Counted from the first letter of the stretch, positions 49,070 to 59,460 are shown. The stretch is 64,000 nt of DNA from Candidatus Borrarchaeum weybense (GCA_019057385.1 JAHQJS010000006.1:288001-352000); one strand, 5' to 3'. Notes: generated by a model from the letters alone, not told the origin. Translations and numbers: made by a program.

Positions 49070-51301
49070 ATGGAAAATTCTAGTGATTTAACACTACGAG
49101 TCTTAGAGGCTAGACAGAGAGACGTAGGACGAGGAATTGCACGAATAGATCAGAGTGTAATGACTGCAGCGAATCTTAGCTCTGGAGACGTTATTGAGAT
49201 TACTGGTAAGAGAAAAACAGCAGCTCTCGTATGGCCAGGTTATCCAGATGACACTGGTACTGAATCAATACGTGTTGACAAGGCAACAAGAAGCAACGCT
49301 GGAGTAACAATTGATGATAAGGTGACGATAACTAAGGTTCAAGCAAGACCCGCAGAAAAAATAACATTTGCCCCTACTGAACCCTTGAGATTGATGGGAG
49401 GGGAAATATACTTAAGCAGGCTCTTACAAGGACGCCCAATAACGAAGGGCGATCGCATTCGATTTGCGATTATGGGCAGACCTATTGAACTTGTAGTAAC
49501 TGCAATTCAACCCTCAAACGTAGCTATAATAGTCAACTCCGATACACAAATTATTTTGAAAGCTGAACCTGCCAAAGAAATGGAGCGACGAATTCCAGCC
49601 GTTTCGTATGAAGATGTTGGTGGTTTAGGATCTGAAATTCAGAAAGTTCGCGAAATGATTGAATTACCACTTAAACATCCTGAACTTTTTGAGCGACTTG
49701 GAATCGAGCCACCCAAGGGTGTCTTGTTACATGGTCCTCCTGGGACTGGGAAAACTCTTTTGGCTAAGGCGGTTGCTAATGAGACAGATGCATACTTCAT
49801 TAACTTATCTGGTCCTGAAGTTATGAGTAAGTTTTATGGGGAATCGGAAGCCCGTGTTCGCGAAATCTTTAAAGAAGCAGAAGATAACGCACCTAGTATT
49901 ATATTTCTAGACGAATTAGATGCTATCGCGCCAAAACGAGAAGAAGTGACAGGAGAAGTCGAGCGAAGAGTAGTTGCACAACTTTTGGCTTTAATGGATG
50001 GCCTAGAATCACGAGGACAAGTAATTGTTATCGGGGCGACCAATCGAGTGAATTCATTAGATCCCGCATTGAGAAGAGGTGGACGTTTCGATAGGGAAAT
50101 TGAAATTGGCGTACCAGGTAAAAATGGTCGATTAGAGATCTTTCAAATTCATACGCGTGGCATGCCTCTTACAGAGGATGTGGACTTAGAGAAACTAGCT
50201 GAGATTACACATGGATTTGTAGGGGCAGATATATCGACTTTAGCTAAGGAAGCTGCTATGATTTCATTACGAAGAATACTACCACAAATCGACTTAGACG
50301 CAGTAGAACTACCTGTATCGGTGCTTGAGTCAATTGAAGTTACACAAAACGACTTTTTGGAAGCATTAAAAGATATTGAGCCATCAGCTATGCGAGAAGT
50401 CTTTGTTGAGGTCGCCAATGTCCATTGGGAAGATATTGGAGGTCTTGAATTACCTAAGCAAGAATTAAAAGAGGCCGTTGAATGGCCCCTCAAATTTCCA
50501 GAAGTCTTTGAAGCGACAAATACGCAACCACCAAAAGGAATTCTTTTATTTGGCCCCCCAGGTACCGGCAAGACACTTTTAGCAAAAGCCGTCGCCAATG
50601 AATCAGAGGCAAACTTCATCTCAATCAAAGGCCCAGAAGTTTTGTCGAAATGGGTGGGTGAATCAGAACGAGCGGTTCGTGAAACATTCAGAAAAGCAAG
50701 GCAAGCAGCACCAACAATTATTTTCTTCGATGAACTAGATGCAATAACTCCTCACAGAGGCATGGGTTTTGGTGATTCTCATGTCACTGAGCGTGTCATT
50801 AGTCAGATCCTGACTGAACTGGATGGACTCGTGGAACTGGAGAATGTCGTTGTGCTCGGAGCAACTAACCGACCTGATATAATCGACGCTGCTCTATTGC
50901 GACCAGGACGGTTTGACAGACTAATCTATGTGCCTGCACCCGACAAAGACGCCAGAGAAGCAATATTTAAGATCCATCTCAAAGGTAAACCACTTGCAGA
51001 CGACGTTGATATTACAAAGTTGGCAGAATTGACAGAAGATTATGTTGGATCCGATATTGCCTCAGTTTGTCGAGAAGCAGTGATGTTAGCAATCCGCGAA
51101 TTCTTCGAATCTGGTATTTCGAAAGAGCGCGTAAAAGAGGAGGCTAAATATGTCAAAGTGTTCGATAAACACATCCTAGACGCATTAAAGAAAGTGAAAC
51201 CAAGCGGAACAAAAAATCTTAAAATATACGAAGCATTCATCGAACAGGGTGCACTAGATCGAAGAAAATCAGGAGCAGAACCCGTGCCGTTCTATCGCTA
51301 G
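49070..51301 (+). CDS. cdc48: CDC48/VCP AAA+ ATPase
   Basis: N domain [10 protein letters not shown], two AAA modules (GPPGTGKT x2), C-terminal HbYX-like FYR. Confidence 0.97.
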   Translation: MENSSDLTLRVLEARQRDVGRGIARIDQSVMTAANLSSGDVIEITGKRKTAALVWPGYPDDTGTESIRVDKATRSNAGVTIDDKVTITKVQARPAEKITFAPTEPLRLMGGEIYLSRLLQGRPITKGDRIRFAIMGRPIELVVTAIQPSNVAIIVNSDTQIILKAEPAKEMERRIPAVSYEDVGGLGSEIQKVREMIELPLKHPELFERLGIEPPKGVLLHGPPGTGKTLLAKAVANETDAYFINLSGPEVMSKFYGESEARVREIFKEAEDNAPSIIFLDELDAIAPKREEVTGEVERRVVAQLLALMDGLESRGQVIVIGATNRVNSLDPALRRGGRFDREIEIGVPGKNGRLEIFQIHTRGMPLTEDVDLEKLAEITHGFVGADISTLAKEAAMISLRRILPQIDLDAVELPVSVLESIEVTQNDFLEALKDIEPSAMREVFVEVANVHWEDIGGLELPKQELKEAVEWPLKFPEVFEATNTQPPKGILLFGPPGTGKTLLAKAVANESEANFISIKGPEVLSKWVGESERAVRETFRKARQAAPTIIFFDELDAITPHRGMGFGDSHVTERVISQILTELDGLVELENVVVLGATNRPDIIDAALLRPGRFDRLIYVPAPDKDAREAIFKIHLKGKPLADDVDITKLAELTEDYVGSDIASVCREAVMLAIREFFESGISKERVKEEAKYVKVFDKHILDALKKVKPSGTKNLKIYEAFIEQGALDRRKSGAEPVPFYR

Positions 51302-51309
51302 TTAGCCTC

Positions 51310-51324
51310 TTTTTTATTTTTTTT
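51310..51324 (+). terminator. Oligo-T terminator after cdc48
   Basis: TTTTTTATTTTTTTT shortly after the stop codon. Confidence 0.55.
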
Positions 51325-51391
51325 AATTGACCATGCTTTCTAAATTAGATTATTCTTCGCAACTAAAAAAAATGATCAAAAAAATTTTGTA

Positions 51392-52606
51392 TTATTTAAT
51401 TCCTTTTGCGCTAACTATTTTTATGATATCGCCATCGCTTAATTCGTGGTTTTCGCCAAGTCTTTTTCCAGTACGTGCATCTACTGCATGTATAAAGGTC
51501 TCTGCAAGGTCAGTATGAATCTTTCCTGCAAATTCTTTAGCAGTTGTGCCTCTTTTAACCAGATATACATCAGGTAATACTCTTCCCTCTGAATCTGCAA
51601 ATTTCGTCGTATCATGTACTGGGTATACAGCAATCATATCTAAAAGTTCAAAAACCGCTTTTTCTAGCGCTGCTTGAACACCAGTAGATCCATATTTTGC
51701 TAAAATTTCTGTCTGAATTCGTTCAAGGCTTGCTTTTTCTTTATCAGAAATGGCATCAGATTTCTTGACTTTAAAAGACTTTTCACCGGATTTATACTCA
51801 ATCACATTCTTTTCATCTAATTTCTTTAATGCATACTCACAAAGAGCGCAGGTTGGTACAACTATGTAGCCTTCATTTTCTAACTCTAATAAACTGTTTA
51901 GGTATTTTTCTGAAGTTGGCATATCAATCTTGTTAGCGATAATTATCATAGGCTTCGAAATCTTTCGTAAGACTTCAACAAAATTGAATAATTCCTCATC
52001 AGACCAATTCACCGGCTTTTCTTTACTCACACTCTCTTCTCTGAGTGCCCAACGGATGTGGCTTCGTGTTATTCCCAATCCAGAAAGCTTATCTGCTAAT
52101 GGCTCATCGATTTCTTTCCGAGCCGATTCTGCATGTCTAGTTAATCTATTCCAGTCCTTTTGGATTATTTGGAGAAACCACATATTGATTTCTCTCTCAA
52201 GAAAACTAATATCTTGCTTAGGATCATAACTTCCCGCTTCAATTGGTTGCCCATCTGCATCTATTGAACCGGAGGCATCTAATACATGAATTAACACATC
52301 TGCTTGTCTTAGATCGTCAAGGAATTGATTACCTAGACCTTTTCCTTGCCAGGCGTCAGGAACAAGACCGGCAACGTCAATAAGTTCGACTGGTATATGA
52401 CGTATCCCTTCCATACATAATGAGTTGACTGGTGTATCTTCTACGCCTAAATCTACATGAGGACATGGTTTCCTAACATATGCAATTCCCTGATTAGGTT
52501 CAATTGTAGTGAAAGGGTAACTAGCCACTTTTGCGTCAGTTAGACAGGCGGCGTTCAAAAAGCTCGTTTTTCCGCTACTCGGTTTACCAACAATTCCAAC
52601 GATCAT
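51392..52606 (-). CDS. ychF: Redox-regulated ATPase YchF (archaeal)
   Basis: GKPSSGKT, YPFTTI.PN, DVAGLV, GLGNQFL, ANK.D, C-terminal TGS domain. Confidence 0.93.
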   Translation of the reverse strand: MIVGIVGKPSSGKTSFLNAACLTDAKVASYPFTTIEPNQGIAYVRKPCPHVDLGVEDTPVNSLCMEGIRHIPVELIDVAGLVPDAWQGKGLGNQFLDDLRQADVLIHVLDASGSIDADGQPIEAGSYDPKQDISFLEREINMWFLQIIQKDWNRLTRHAESARKEIDEPLADKLSGLGITRSHIRWALREESVSKEKPVNWSDEELFNFVEVLRKISKPMIIIANKIDMPTSEKYLNSLLELENEGYIVVPTCALCEYALKKLDEKNVIEYKSGEKSFKVKKSDAISDKEKASLERIQTEILAKYGSTGVQAALEKAVFELLDMIAVYPVHDTTKFADSEGRVLPDVYLVKRGTTAKEFAGKIHTDLAETFIHAVDARTGKRLGENHELSDGDIIKIVSAKGIK

Positions 52607-52856
52607 TTCATCATCTCAAGTTTTTTCGGGTTTGTGAAACTGAGTGTCAAAACAAAATGAAGATCGCAACTAAGATATAATCTTATTGTGCAGATGTATG
52701 ATCATTATGTTGAAGTTATATCTCAGTGTGTTCTTCTTTTTCAGATGAGTTCTCCTCATAACGCAAAATAATACGGTCTTCCGTATCTCGAAAGGTTTTG
52801 AGTTGCCCATTATTCATAACTGATGTAACTGAGAATTTGATTTCACCTTTCAATCG

Positions 52857-53350
52857 TCATTGAGATGATTCATCTTCTCTTTTGGATTTAAAAACTAAAA
52901 GAAAACTAATCTCATGTTCACCAGTCTCAATAGCTCCATCGAAAAAGACAACTTCTCGCTCAGTAAGTGAATCATCGTCGACTGATATCCGGAGTGGTTT
53001 GTCATCGAGTTGTAAGTACGCTCTCCACAATATTAGATCTGTAACTGTGTTAAGGTGAGACAGGAGCAACTTAGAACCGCCTGGCACACGATGTATTTCA
53101 AGATGTTCCCTCAGTTCGACAGCAATATTTTCAGGCATATCATTGATTGGACCGTCGCGAAAAACTCGTCAAAAGTCTGGAAACCACTAAAATACCCTCC
53201 TCCTGCTTGATGTGTCCAATCTGTGCCTATATATCTTAATCAAGAGGACTCAATTTCAAGATCCATCCAATGATCGTCACGCCTATATAGATACCATTTC
53301 CACTTGTGGTTAGGAACTTGTGAATAATCCCAGATTATTTTTTCGCTCAT
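52857..53350 (-). pseudogene. Disrupted hypothetical gene (one in-frame TGA, one frameshift)
   Basis: ATG 53350 after GGAG gives MSEKIIWDY..ESS*LRYIG..FDEF; a 1-nt loss in a T run near 53160 joins it to RDGPIND-MPENIAVE (ORF 52857-53138). Confidence 0.55.
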
Positions 53351-53537
53351 TTAAAACTCCTTATTAGGGTTTGTACTAACTCTCTCATTTTAGTTTTTTG
53401 TAGTACCCTATTTGATGATCTTCTAGATATTGTTAGTTTGAATTATATCTTAGGATGATGGTACTTTAGCTTTATAAATTGAAAAAATTCTGTAAATACG
53501 CGAGGATTTGAGTTATACAGCAGTCTCTTACCTAATA

Positions 53538-54383
53538 CTAAGGATTACGTACATCATCTATAATTTTGAGCTTTTTGCTCTCTCTTGGATGTATAAATAT
53601 AGTTGGACGATCATTTAAGACTGCTTTTTCTTTCAGTGTTTCATCAGCAGTCAATAAAATAGAGTTTGTTAAATTTGCAATTTCTAGAATAATATTATCT
53701 TCTTCTTGTTGAAATTCTTTTTTGGAGGGTGGAATTTCAATTCCCTCTCTACTTGAGAAAATAGTAATTTTTTGTTTGTTTTCTAAACTTCTTAGTTTTT
53801 CTATCTCATTTATAGCACCCTTTTTCTTATTAGACCCTAGAAGGTCTAGAACATTCATAATAAACTCAGGTATAACCACCTCAAAGTCTTCGAAATACCC
53901 TATCTTTATTAACCGCGAAAGATGGTTGCTTATTAGGATATTGATGTCAGGCAAAATTCTGTTATTAAGCATAATGAGAGGAGGTCTCATAGAATTTTTA
54001 TGCCCACATTCTTTCTTGAAAACAATGTCCAAACCTTCAATTTTTGCTTCTATAAGTAAGGAGGGTGTTTTACACTCCATACAGAAAATAGCGTTATGTC
54101 TGCACGGGAAAAGTTTATTATATATCTCAGCATTCTTAGAATCAAATTGTAGTCCTTGTATATTATTAATATCTCTGACTAACCTTAAATTCTTCTCATT
54201 TTCAGTTCCCTGGACAACCAATGTCTTTTCATAACATTTTGTAGTTAATCCGTTGAATTTGAATCGCCATATTTCATATTCATCTGATTGAGTTTTTTTT
54301 CCTCCATAAGATTCTAAAATATGAATGAGTTTAGATTCATCAAGTTCTGAAGAAATTTGCCAAACTAGAGTTAAATTTCTCAT
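53538..54383 (-). CDS. TBP-like (RNase HIII N-domain-like) + Zn ribbon + PIN domain protein
   Basis: N-terminal YEIWRFKFNGLTTKCYEKTLVVQG; CMEC..CGH; PIN motifs LPDINIL, VVIPE, EDNII, LLTAD. Confidence 0.7.
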   Translation of the reverse strand: MRNLTLVWQISSELDESKLIHILESYGGKKTQSDEYEIWRFKFNGLTTKCYEKTLVVQGTENEKNLRLVRDINNIQGLQFDSKNAEIYNKLFPCRHNAIFCMECKTPSLLIEAKIEGLDIVFKKECGHKNSMRPPLIMLNNRILPDINILISNHLSRLIKIGYFEDFEVVIPEFIMNVLDLLGSNKKKGAINEIEKLRSLENKQKITIFSSREGIEIPPSKKEFQQEEDNIILEIANLTNSILLTADETLKEKAVLNDRPTIFIHPRESKKLKIIDDVRNP

Positions 54384-54426
54384 AATACATTATTAGAAGG
54401 ATATGAATTATATTTGTTGTGATAAT

Positions 54427-55266
54427 ATGCCTACCGTTTCTCTAACAATTGATTTATATGAACTTGAAGAATTAAGGAATTATATTCTTAAAACAGATCT
54501 AAAGAGAGTTTCAACGAAAAATGAATATGAATTGCTACGAGTTAAAGACGGAAATGTTAACATTGTAGTCTATAAATCAGGAAAAATAGTCCATAATGGA
54601 ACTATGGAATCTCAAAAAGTCATTGATACTATTCTTAAGAAGGAACTTACGTATGATTATATTTTAGGATCTGATGAGACTGGTAAAGGCGAATGGTACG
54701 GACCGCTTGTCGTAGAAGGAGTTGCGTTGACTCCAGACTTGATTTTGAAATGCAGAAAGATGGGAGTACGGGATAGCAAAACTATGGCTAAGTCACAGTT
54801 GATGGCAATTGCGCAAAAACTCACAAAAATGAAATTTGTTAGGACATTTAGAATACTTTTACCAGAAGTCTACAATTTAAGATATGAAGAATTCCAAGAT
54901 GAAGGAAAAACTCTTAATGATATGTTAGCATGGGCACATTCTGCAGTTATAAAAGAAATTATTGGACAAATAAAGTTTAGTAACGCTAAAGTTGTAATCG
55001 ACAAATTTGACTTTGAAAAAACTGAATACAGACTTTCAAGTATTGACAGAGCAAATCTGGAAATCATTCAGAAAACAAAAGGTGAATCTGAGATCCCTGT
55101 AGCCGTTGCAAGCATTATTGCGAAATATATTTTCGAGAGCGAAGTAGATTTACTGAATACAGAATACGGTCTAGATCTCAGAAACACAACTCCTGCTGAG
55201 ATAGATCCGAAAATCCTTCCCTTTGTAGCTAAACTTCATTTCAAAAATGTGAAAAAACACCTTTAA
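54427..55266 (+). CDS. rnhC: Ribonuclease HIII
   Basis: N-terminal TBP-like domain (IVVYKSGKIVHNG), GSDETGKG..GPL, GVRDSK, IDKF, VAVASIIAK, AKLHFKN. Confidence 0.9.
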   Translation: MPTVSLTIDLYELEELRNYILKTDLKRVSTKNEYELLRVKDGNVNIVVYKSGKIVHNGTMESQKVIDTILKKELTYDYILGSDETGKGEWYGPLVVEGVALTPDLILKCRKMGVRDSKTMAKSQLMAIAQKLTKMKFVRTFRILLPEVYNLRYEEFQDEGKTLNDMLAWAHSAVIKEIIGQIKFSNAKVVIDKFDFEKTEYRLSSIDRANLEIIQKTKGESEIPVAVASIIAKYIFESEVDLLNTEYGLDLRNTTPAEIDPKILPFVAKLHFKNVKKHL

Positions 55267-55280
55267 TCCCTGTCAATCTT

Positions 55281-55544
55281 TTAAATCTCTTTTTTTTGCT
55301 GAAGGATCATTGCCATTAGTTTTTTTAACCATGGTTTTCCTTCTTCAAAAATACTATCTGCAAGAACTTTCACGATATCCAAAGATGCAACATTTCGCCA
55401 ATCTTCCAGATTTTTTGTAATCCGTTCTGTAATTCCTTGAATAAATTGCGCAAGCACGAACTCCCAATATTTCATGTGAACTTCTAGATCTGATAATTTA
55501 TCCTCAGTCTGTGAAGCTTCATCTTTCTTTCGCTTGAATGCCAT
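55281..55544 (-). CDS. Small hypothetical protein
   Basis: About 87-aa helical ORF with no recognised motif. Confidence 0.45.
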   Translation of the reverse strand: MAFKRKKDEASQTEDKLSDLEVHMKYWEFVLAQFIQGITERITKNLEDWRNVASLDIVKVLADSIFEEGKPWLKKLMAMILQQKKEI

Positions 55545-55652
55545 TCCAGTCACTTTATCCCTTTAATAGCACAATTTGCATTCCCCTTTATATTTCCTAA
55601 GGAAGAAAGTGATAGTTCTATAATAAGTAAATAGGATCTCAAAATCATACTT

Positions 55653-55925
55653 CTAGTTTGAGAAAATGATGTTTATGCTATTCTTTTCTGCATACTCTTT
55701 CGCTTCTACTTCATCATTGAATATCTTAAAACATCAAACTCACATAACACTTTCTTTCCATCGACGACAAAATCAGACATTGGTCGTGCAATATTGCCTG
55801 CCTCTAAATACACTCTGATTAACATATTCTTTCTTCTTCTGCAGCTTTTTTACATTCTTCGCATCTCTTAGGTCCTCTTGCGCAGTGAGGGACATATAAT
55901 TTGTCGATTACATCAATATATTCTA
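55653..55925 (-). pseudogene. Frameshifted relic of a small Cys/His-containing protein gene
   Basis: Reconstructs with two 1-nt indels as YIDVIDKLYVPHCARGPKRCEECKKAAEEERIC/IRVYLEAGNIARPMSDFVVDGKKVLCEFDVL/IFNDEVEAKEYAEKNSINIIFSN*. Confidence 0.6.
55854..55920. repeat. 67-bp imperfect direct repeat, copy A
   Basis: 57/67 identical to 57599-57665. Confidence 0.9.
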
Positions 55926-55927
55926 TT

Positions 55928-57565
55928 TTAAACCTTGTCATCATCTAATAATTCCTTTATTTTGAAGATAGTTCTCAGATATTTTTCCATAACGCCTAAC
56001 AACGTTTCTAGTACATCTAAATCTACTTCCGCTGCTTTAACATGTCCTATATCATTTCTATTTAATCTGTATACATCAAACGCGTGTTTAACAAAAGTAT
56101 CAAATTCAAAAATACTTATTGTCTTATCATCATTAACATTATTCAATATAGCAACAAGTTTTCTATCAAAATATTTCCTTAAGTTTTTTTCTTTAGTCTT
56201 AATACTTTGTACGTGCAAATCTTTTTCAATTTGATTATAATTTGAGATTCTTTTTCGTTTACACCACTTCAAATACGATTCTGTCAATAAATCAATACTT
56301 CTTTCAGAAACGCAACCTAAAAAAAATGTAGACGCTAAAGGAAAGTCAGAATTGTATGTACCAACACATTCTTTAAGATAAGCAAGTAATACATTATCTA
56401 TATCCTCAATATCTCCAATTCTTTTTAGAACTCCTATAAACTTTGATTTTTTCGCAATTTTTGATTTCAAACTCATAATCATATCCTGTGCTAATATTCT
56501 ATCATCAACAATCAAACCTTTATCTGCAATTTCTACCAATCTATCTATTGCTTCGTCGATTTCTATTTGACCTAATAGTTTTATCGCACCTTGTCTGTCT
56601 TGAGCGATCTTGTCTTTGTCTAAGGCAATATTTTTCAATCTTTCAATTCGTGAAACTTGAATTGGTGATGAAAGCCTTGGTAGTTCTTTCTGAAAAACAG
56701 ATTTCTCAGCATCTAATTTTCCTTTAATTATAACACTTTCACTTAGGGTGGTAAAAATATCTCTTACAAGTTTAACTGAGGCATTATTTTCTTCTGCAAA
56801 ATCATACAAATGAATAATATCGTTTTTTTCCGAACTATTTATTATTTCTTCTCGAATTTCTTCTCTAAAACGTTCTGACAAATATAGAAAAAGATTTTTA
56901 ATTAATTGGCGATTTGCATTTTGGAAGATATTACATTCAAAGGTATTACTAAAAAGAGTATAGCTCCCTATTCCAATAACTCTTCCACATCCTCTTTCAT
57001 AGTACATACCTATTATTGGAATATACTGATCTGGTTCAACGTAAAGTTTGATAGCATCTGCTTTGCCAGAAACTCCAACCCTACAACCACTATATGAAAT
57101 CCCGGTCTTCTCTCTATGACCCATTATAATCTCTATTCCTGTTGTTATTGGCGGAACTCGACTTGAAAATGGGGAGACTCCTATTTTATAATAGGTATCG
57201 TCAAAATTAATTCCGAATTTAACTCCTAATTTGCTTAAATTGTTACCATGTTTTTTGTCGCCTCCCTCACCATTGATGATTAGCAAACTTCCACCTGAAT
57301 CTACAAAATCTTTTATATATTGTATATCATTCTCAAGAAGTTCCTTTTGAGGACAACCAATAACTAAAATGTCACAATCATTAATTAGATCGGGATAAAC
57401 ATGACCCCAATTAGTAATCTCAAACTTTAATTCATCTTTTAGTATTGTTTTAAATTCTGAATAATTCTCCTTAGAGTGTATATCTATCAATTCATCATGA
57501 TAAAGAAGAAATTTTACTCGCAATTTCTTTGCAATCGTAAAACTTCCACTCACCATGATATTCAC
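55928..57565 (-). CDS. Multidomain protein: GIFT/DUF4350-like + PCI/wHTH-like + HEAT-like + HEPN-like
   Basis: DILVIGCP..IKDFVDSGGSLLI..FGINF and GRVIGIGS..F (GIFT/IFT52-like); KGKLD wHTH end; RQGAIKLLGQI HEAT; YLKEC..AS..LG...RNDIGH RxxxxH. Confidence 0.65.
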   Translation of the reverse strand: MNIMVSGSFTIAKKLRVKFLLYHDELIDIHSKENYSEFKTILKDELKFEITNWGHVYPDLINDCDILVIGCPQKELLENDIQYIKDFVDSGGSLLIINGEGGDKKHGNNLSKLGVKFGINFDDTYYKIGVSPFSSRVPPITTGIEIIMGHREKTGISYSGCRVGVSGKADAIKLYVEPDQYIPIIGMYYERGCGRVIGIGSYTLFSNTFECNIFQNANRQLIKNLFLYLSERFREEIREEIINSSEKNDIIHLYDFAEENNASVKLVRDIFTTLSESVIIKGKLDAEKSVFQKELPRLSSPIQVSRIERLKNIALDKDKIAQDRQGAIKLLGQIEIDEAIDRLVEIADKGLIVDDRILAQDMIMSLKSKIAKKSKFIGVLKRIGDIEDIDNVLLAYLKECVGTYNSDFPLASTFFLGCVSERSIDLLTESYLKWCKRKRISNYNQIEKDLHVQSIKTKEKNLRKYFDRKLVAILNNVNDDKTISIFEFDTFVKHAFDVYRLNRNDIGHVKAAEVDLDVLETLLGVMEKYLRTIFKIKELLDDDKV

Positions 57566-57598
57566 TTATAGTTCTTTATAGTTATATAATTCCTTTAA

Positions 57599-57665
57599 AT
57601 TCTTCACATCTGATAGGTTCTCTTTCGAAGTGAGGGACATATATTCTGTCGGTTATATCAATATA
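57599..57665. repeat. 67-bp imperfect direct repeat, copy B
   Basis: 57/67 identical to 55854-55920; minus strand reads YIDITDRIYVPHFEREPIRCEE. Confidence 0.9.
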
Positions 57666-57742
57666 GTCATTTGATGACGTTTTGATCTTTTATTTCGGAG
57701 AGTTTTACTCCTCCTAGAAACTGAGATGTTTTCTTGTAATGA

Positions 57743-59029
57743 TTAGTCCAGCGGTATTGCTGATGCAATAATTACTTTTTCTGCCAAGAATTTAACAAGT
57801 GGAATCTCACATTCTATAATTTTCGTGGACTCTGAAAAAGGAATATGTCGGGGATATCTTTCATATCGATCTGATGAATGTACTATGGCATTGCGAATAA
57901 TCTTAATGCGATTGGCGATAGTACCAATGATATGATCTTCGTGTTGTGATACTACAACATTTTTCCCAAATAGTTCACGCTGCGTTGTGTACCATTTTTC
58001 CCCAAAGTGTGTTTCATGCATGTTAATAAACTCTATTACTTCTTCCTTATCTATAAACTTATAAAGAACGTTTTTAAGCATCTCTGTCTCATCAGTAATT
58101 TTATTATGATCGATAACATCTTGAATCAAACGATCGAGAAAGAAGGGTGTCGGTCTAAAATTCGGATCGCTGAGTCGACGAAAAAGTTGATCATATAATT
58201 TTTCATCCGAGACCTTCAGAAAGAAATATTCTAAAACCTGATAGAATGATAAAAATTGAAGGTCTGGAATATCACTGCTTGTCCCTAGTAAATAAAATCG
58301 TACGAGATCCGAATGGTATGTAACAGTAGGTAAAGGTTGTTGTATTGCAGGATAAAGCCCAACAAAATTCTCTATTAAAGAAAATTCTCTTTTTGTAAGA
58401 GAAGGCCATTCATTTACTAAGGCAAAGGAAACATCCTTTGAGTATGCGAGTGTAAAAAGACAAGAATCTATGAGTGCTGATGAATGCTTTATGGCCGACT
58501 CAACATTACCCTCGGACATATTGCATACCCGTATTGTGAATGGACTATATAGGAGGCTTCGGATATCTGTTACCCCACTCCGTGAAATCCCTATGGATGA
58601 ACACATTTTTGTTAGACAATGTTGAAGGTACTTCTTATCAAAACGAAAATAATTTATGAACTGTGTTGATGCATTGCTTATTGAAACGTAAAGTTGTTCC
58701 TCGCTTGAATTGCCAAATACAAACCCTTCGACTCCAAGAGGTAATTTCTGTGTGAGTGGTTGAATTATTTGCTCGCGATAAGTAGGACTGCAAATACTGC
58801 ACTCAACAGGAGCATTTTCTATTGTAGATCTGAATTCTTCAGAATCTATGTATTCGTTAATATCCTCCTCGGTGATTCGAAGTTTTACATCTTTCTTATA
58901 TGAAGTTGCATCATAGGTCTTCAAACATTTACAATTGAACCGGAGTGCTTTAGTTTCTTCATTAAATAACTCTAACCCAGCTTCTAAATAGGATTTTTTG
59001 AATAATTCTTTAGCTTCATGGAAGTTCAT
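57743..59029 (-). CDS. HEPN-domain protein (ApeA-like architecture), predicted RNase
   Basis: QFLSFYQVLEYFF helix followed by IRNAIVHS (RxxxxH). Confidence 0.7.
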   Translation of the reverse strand: MNFHEAKELFKKSYLEAGLELFNEETKALRFNCKCLKTYDATSYKKDVKLRITEEDINEYIDSEEFRSTIENAPVECSICSPTYREQIIQPLTQKLPLGVEGFVFGNSSEEQLYVSISNASTQFINYFRFDKKYLQHCLTKMCSSIGISRSGVTDIRSLLYSPFTIRVCNMSEGNVESAIKHSSALIDSCLFTLAYSKDVSFALVNEWPSLTKREFSLIENFVGLYPAIQQPLPTVTYHSDLVRFYLLGTSSDIPDLQFLSFYQVLEYFFLKVSDEKLYDQLFRRLSDPNFRPTPFFLDRLIQDVIDHNKITDETEMLKNVLYKFIDKEEVIEFINMHETHFGEKWYTTQRELFGKNVVVSQHEDHIIGTIANRIKIIRNAIVHSSDRYERYPRHIPFSESTKIIECEIPLVKFLAEKVIIASAIPLD

Positions 59030-59460
59030 GTTCTATCAGCCTCTGTAAATGATGAGGCGTATTACTTGATATATATGAGTACTTCATGATTTAATTGTAT
59101 ATAGACGGGATGCGAACTTTTTACTATCTATATAGGTCTTTATTTTCGAATGATGAAAAAAATCCTTGTGATTGCATTATGCTATAATTCTGGTTGAGCT
59201 AGATGTCATAAGCCCTGAATCCATTGAAATTGAAGAATGGATTATGTCCAACATCGATTTTATCACGTTTGAACTCTGACAAGCGCATAGTCCGATAACA
59301 TTAGGGAAGATCTTTCCCTTTCCAAAGGAAAACTTGATGATTATCATAAAACGTGGAATTTTATCAATCATTCCGTAGTTTTATAAATAATTGTAAGGTT
59401 GTAATGACCTCGTGACCGTATCTTTGATTTTAAGAATCCAAAAAGTGTATTGATCAAAAT

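Noticed and set aside
53238-53243. In-frame TGA as selenocysteine
   Set aside because: No Cys-like context or evident SECIS, and the same gene also has a frameshift, so decay is simpler.
55854-57665. 67-bp repeats as CRISPR repeats or integron attC sites
   Set aside because: Only two copies 1.7 kb apart, no dyad structure, no cas or integrase, and both translate as the same protein fragment.
59150-59380. ORF 59177-59371 (-), and a possible alkaline-phosphatase-family relic on + (MMKKILVIAL...)
   Set aside because: The minus ORF has no recognisable features; the plus-strand similarity is too short and interrupted to support.
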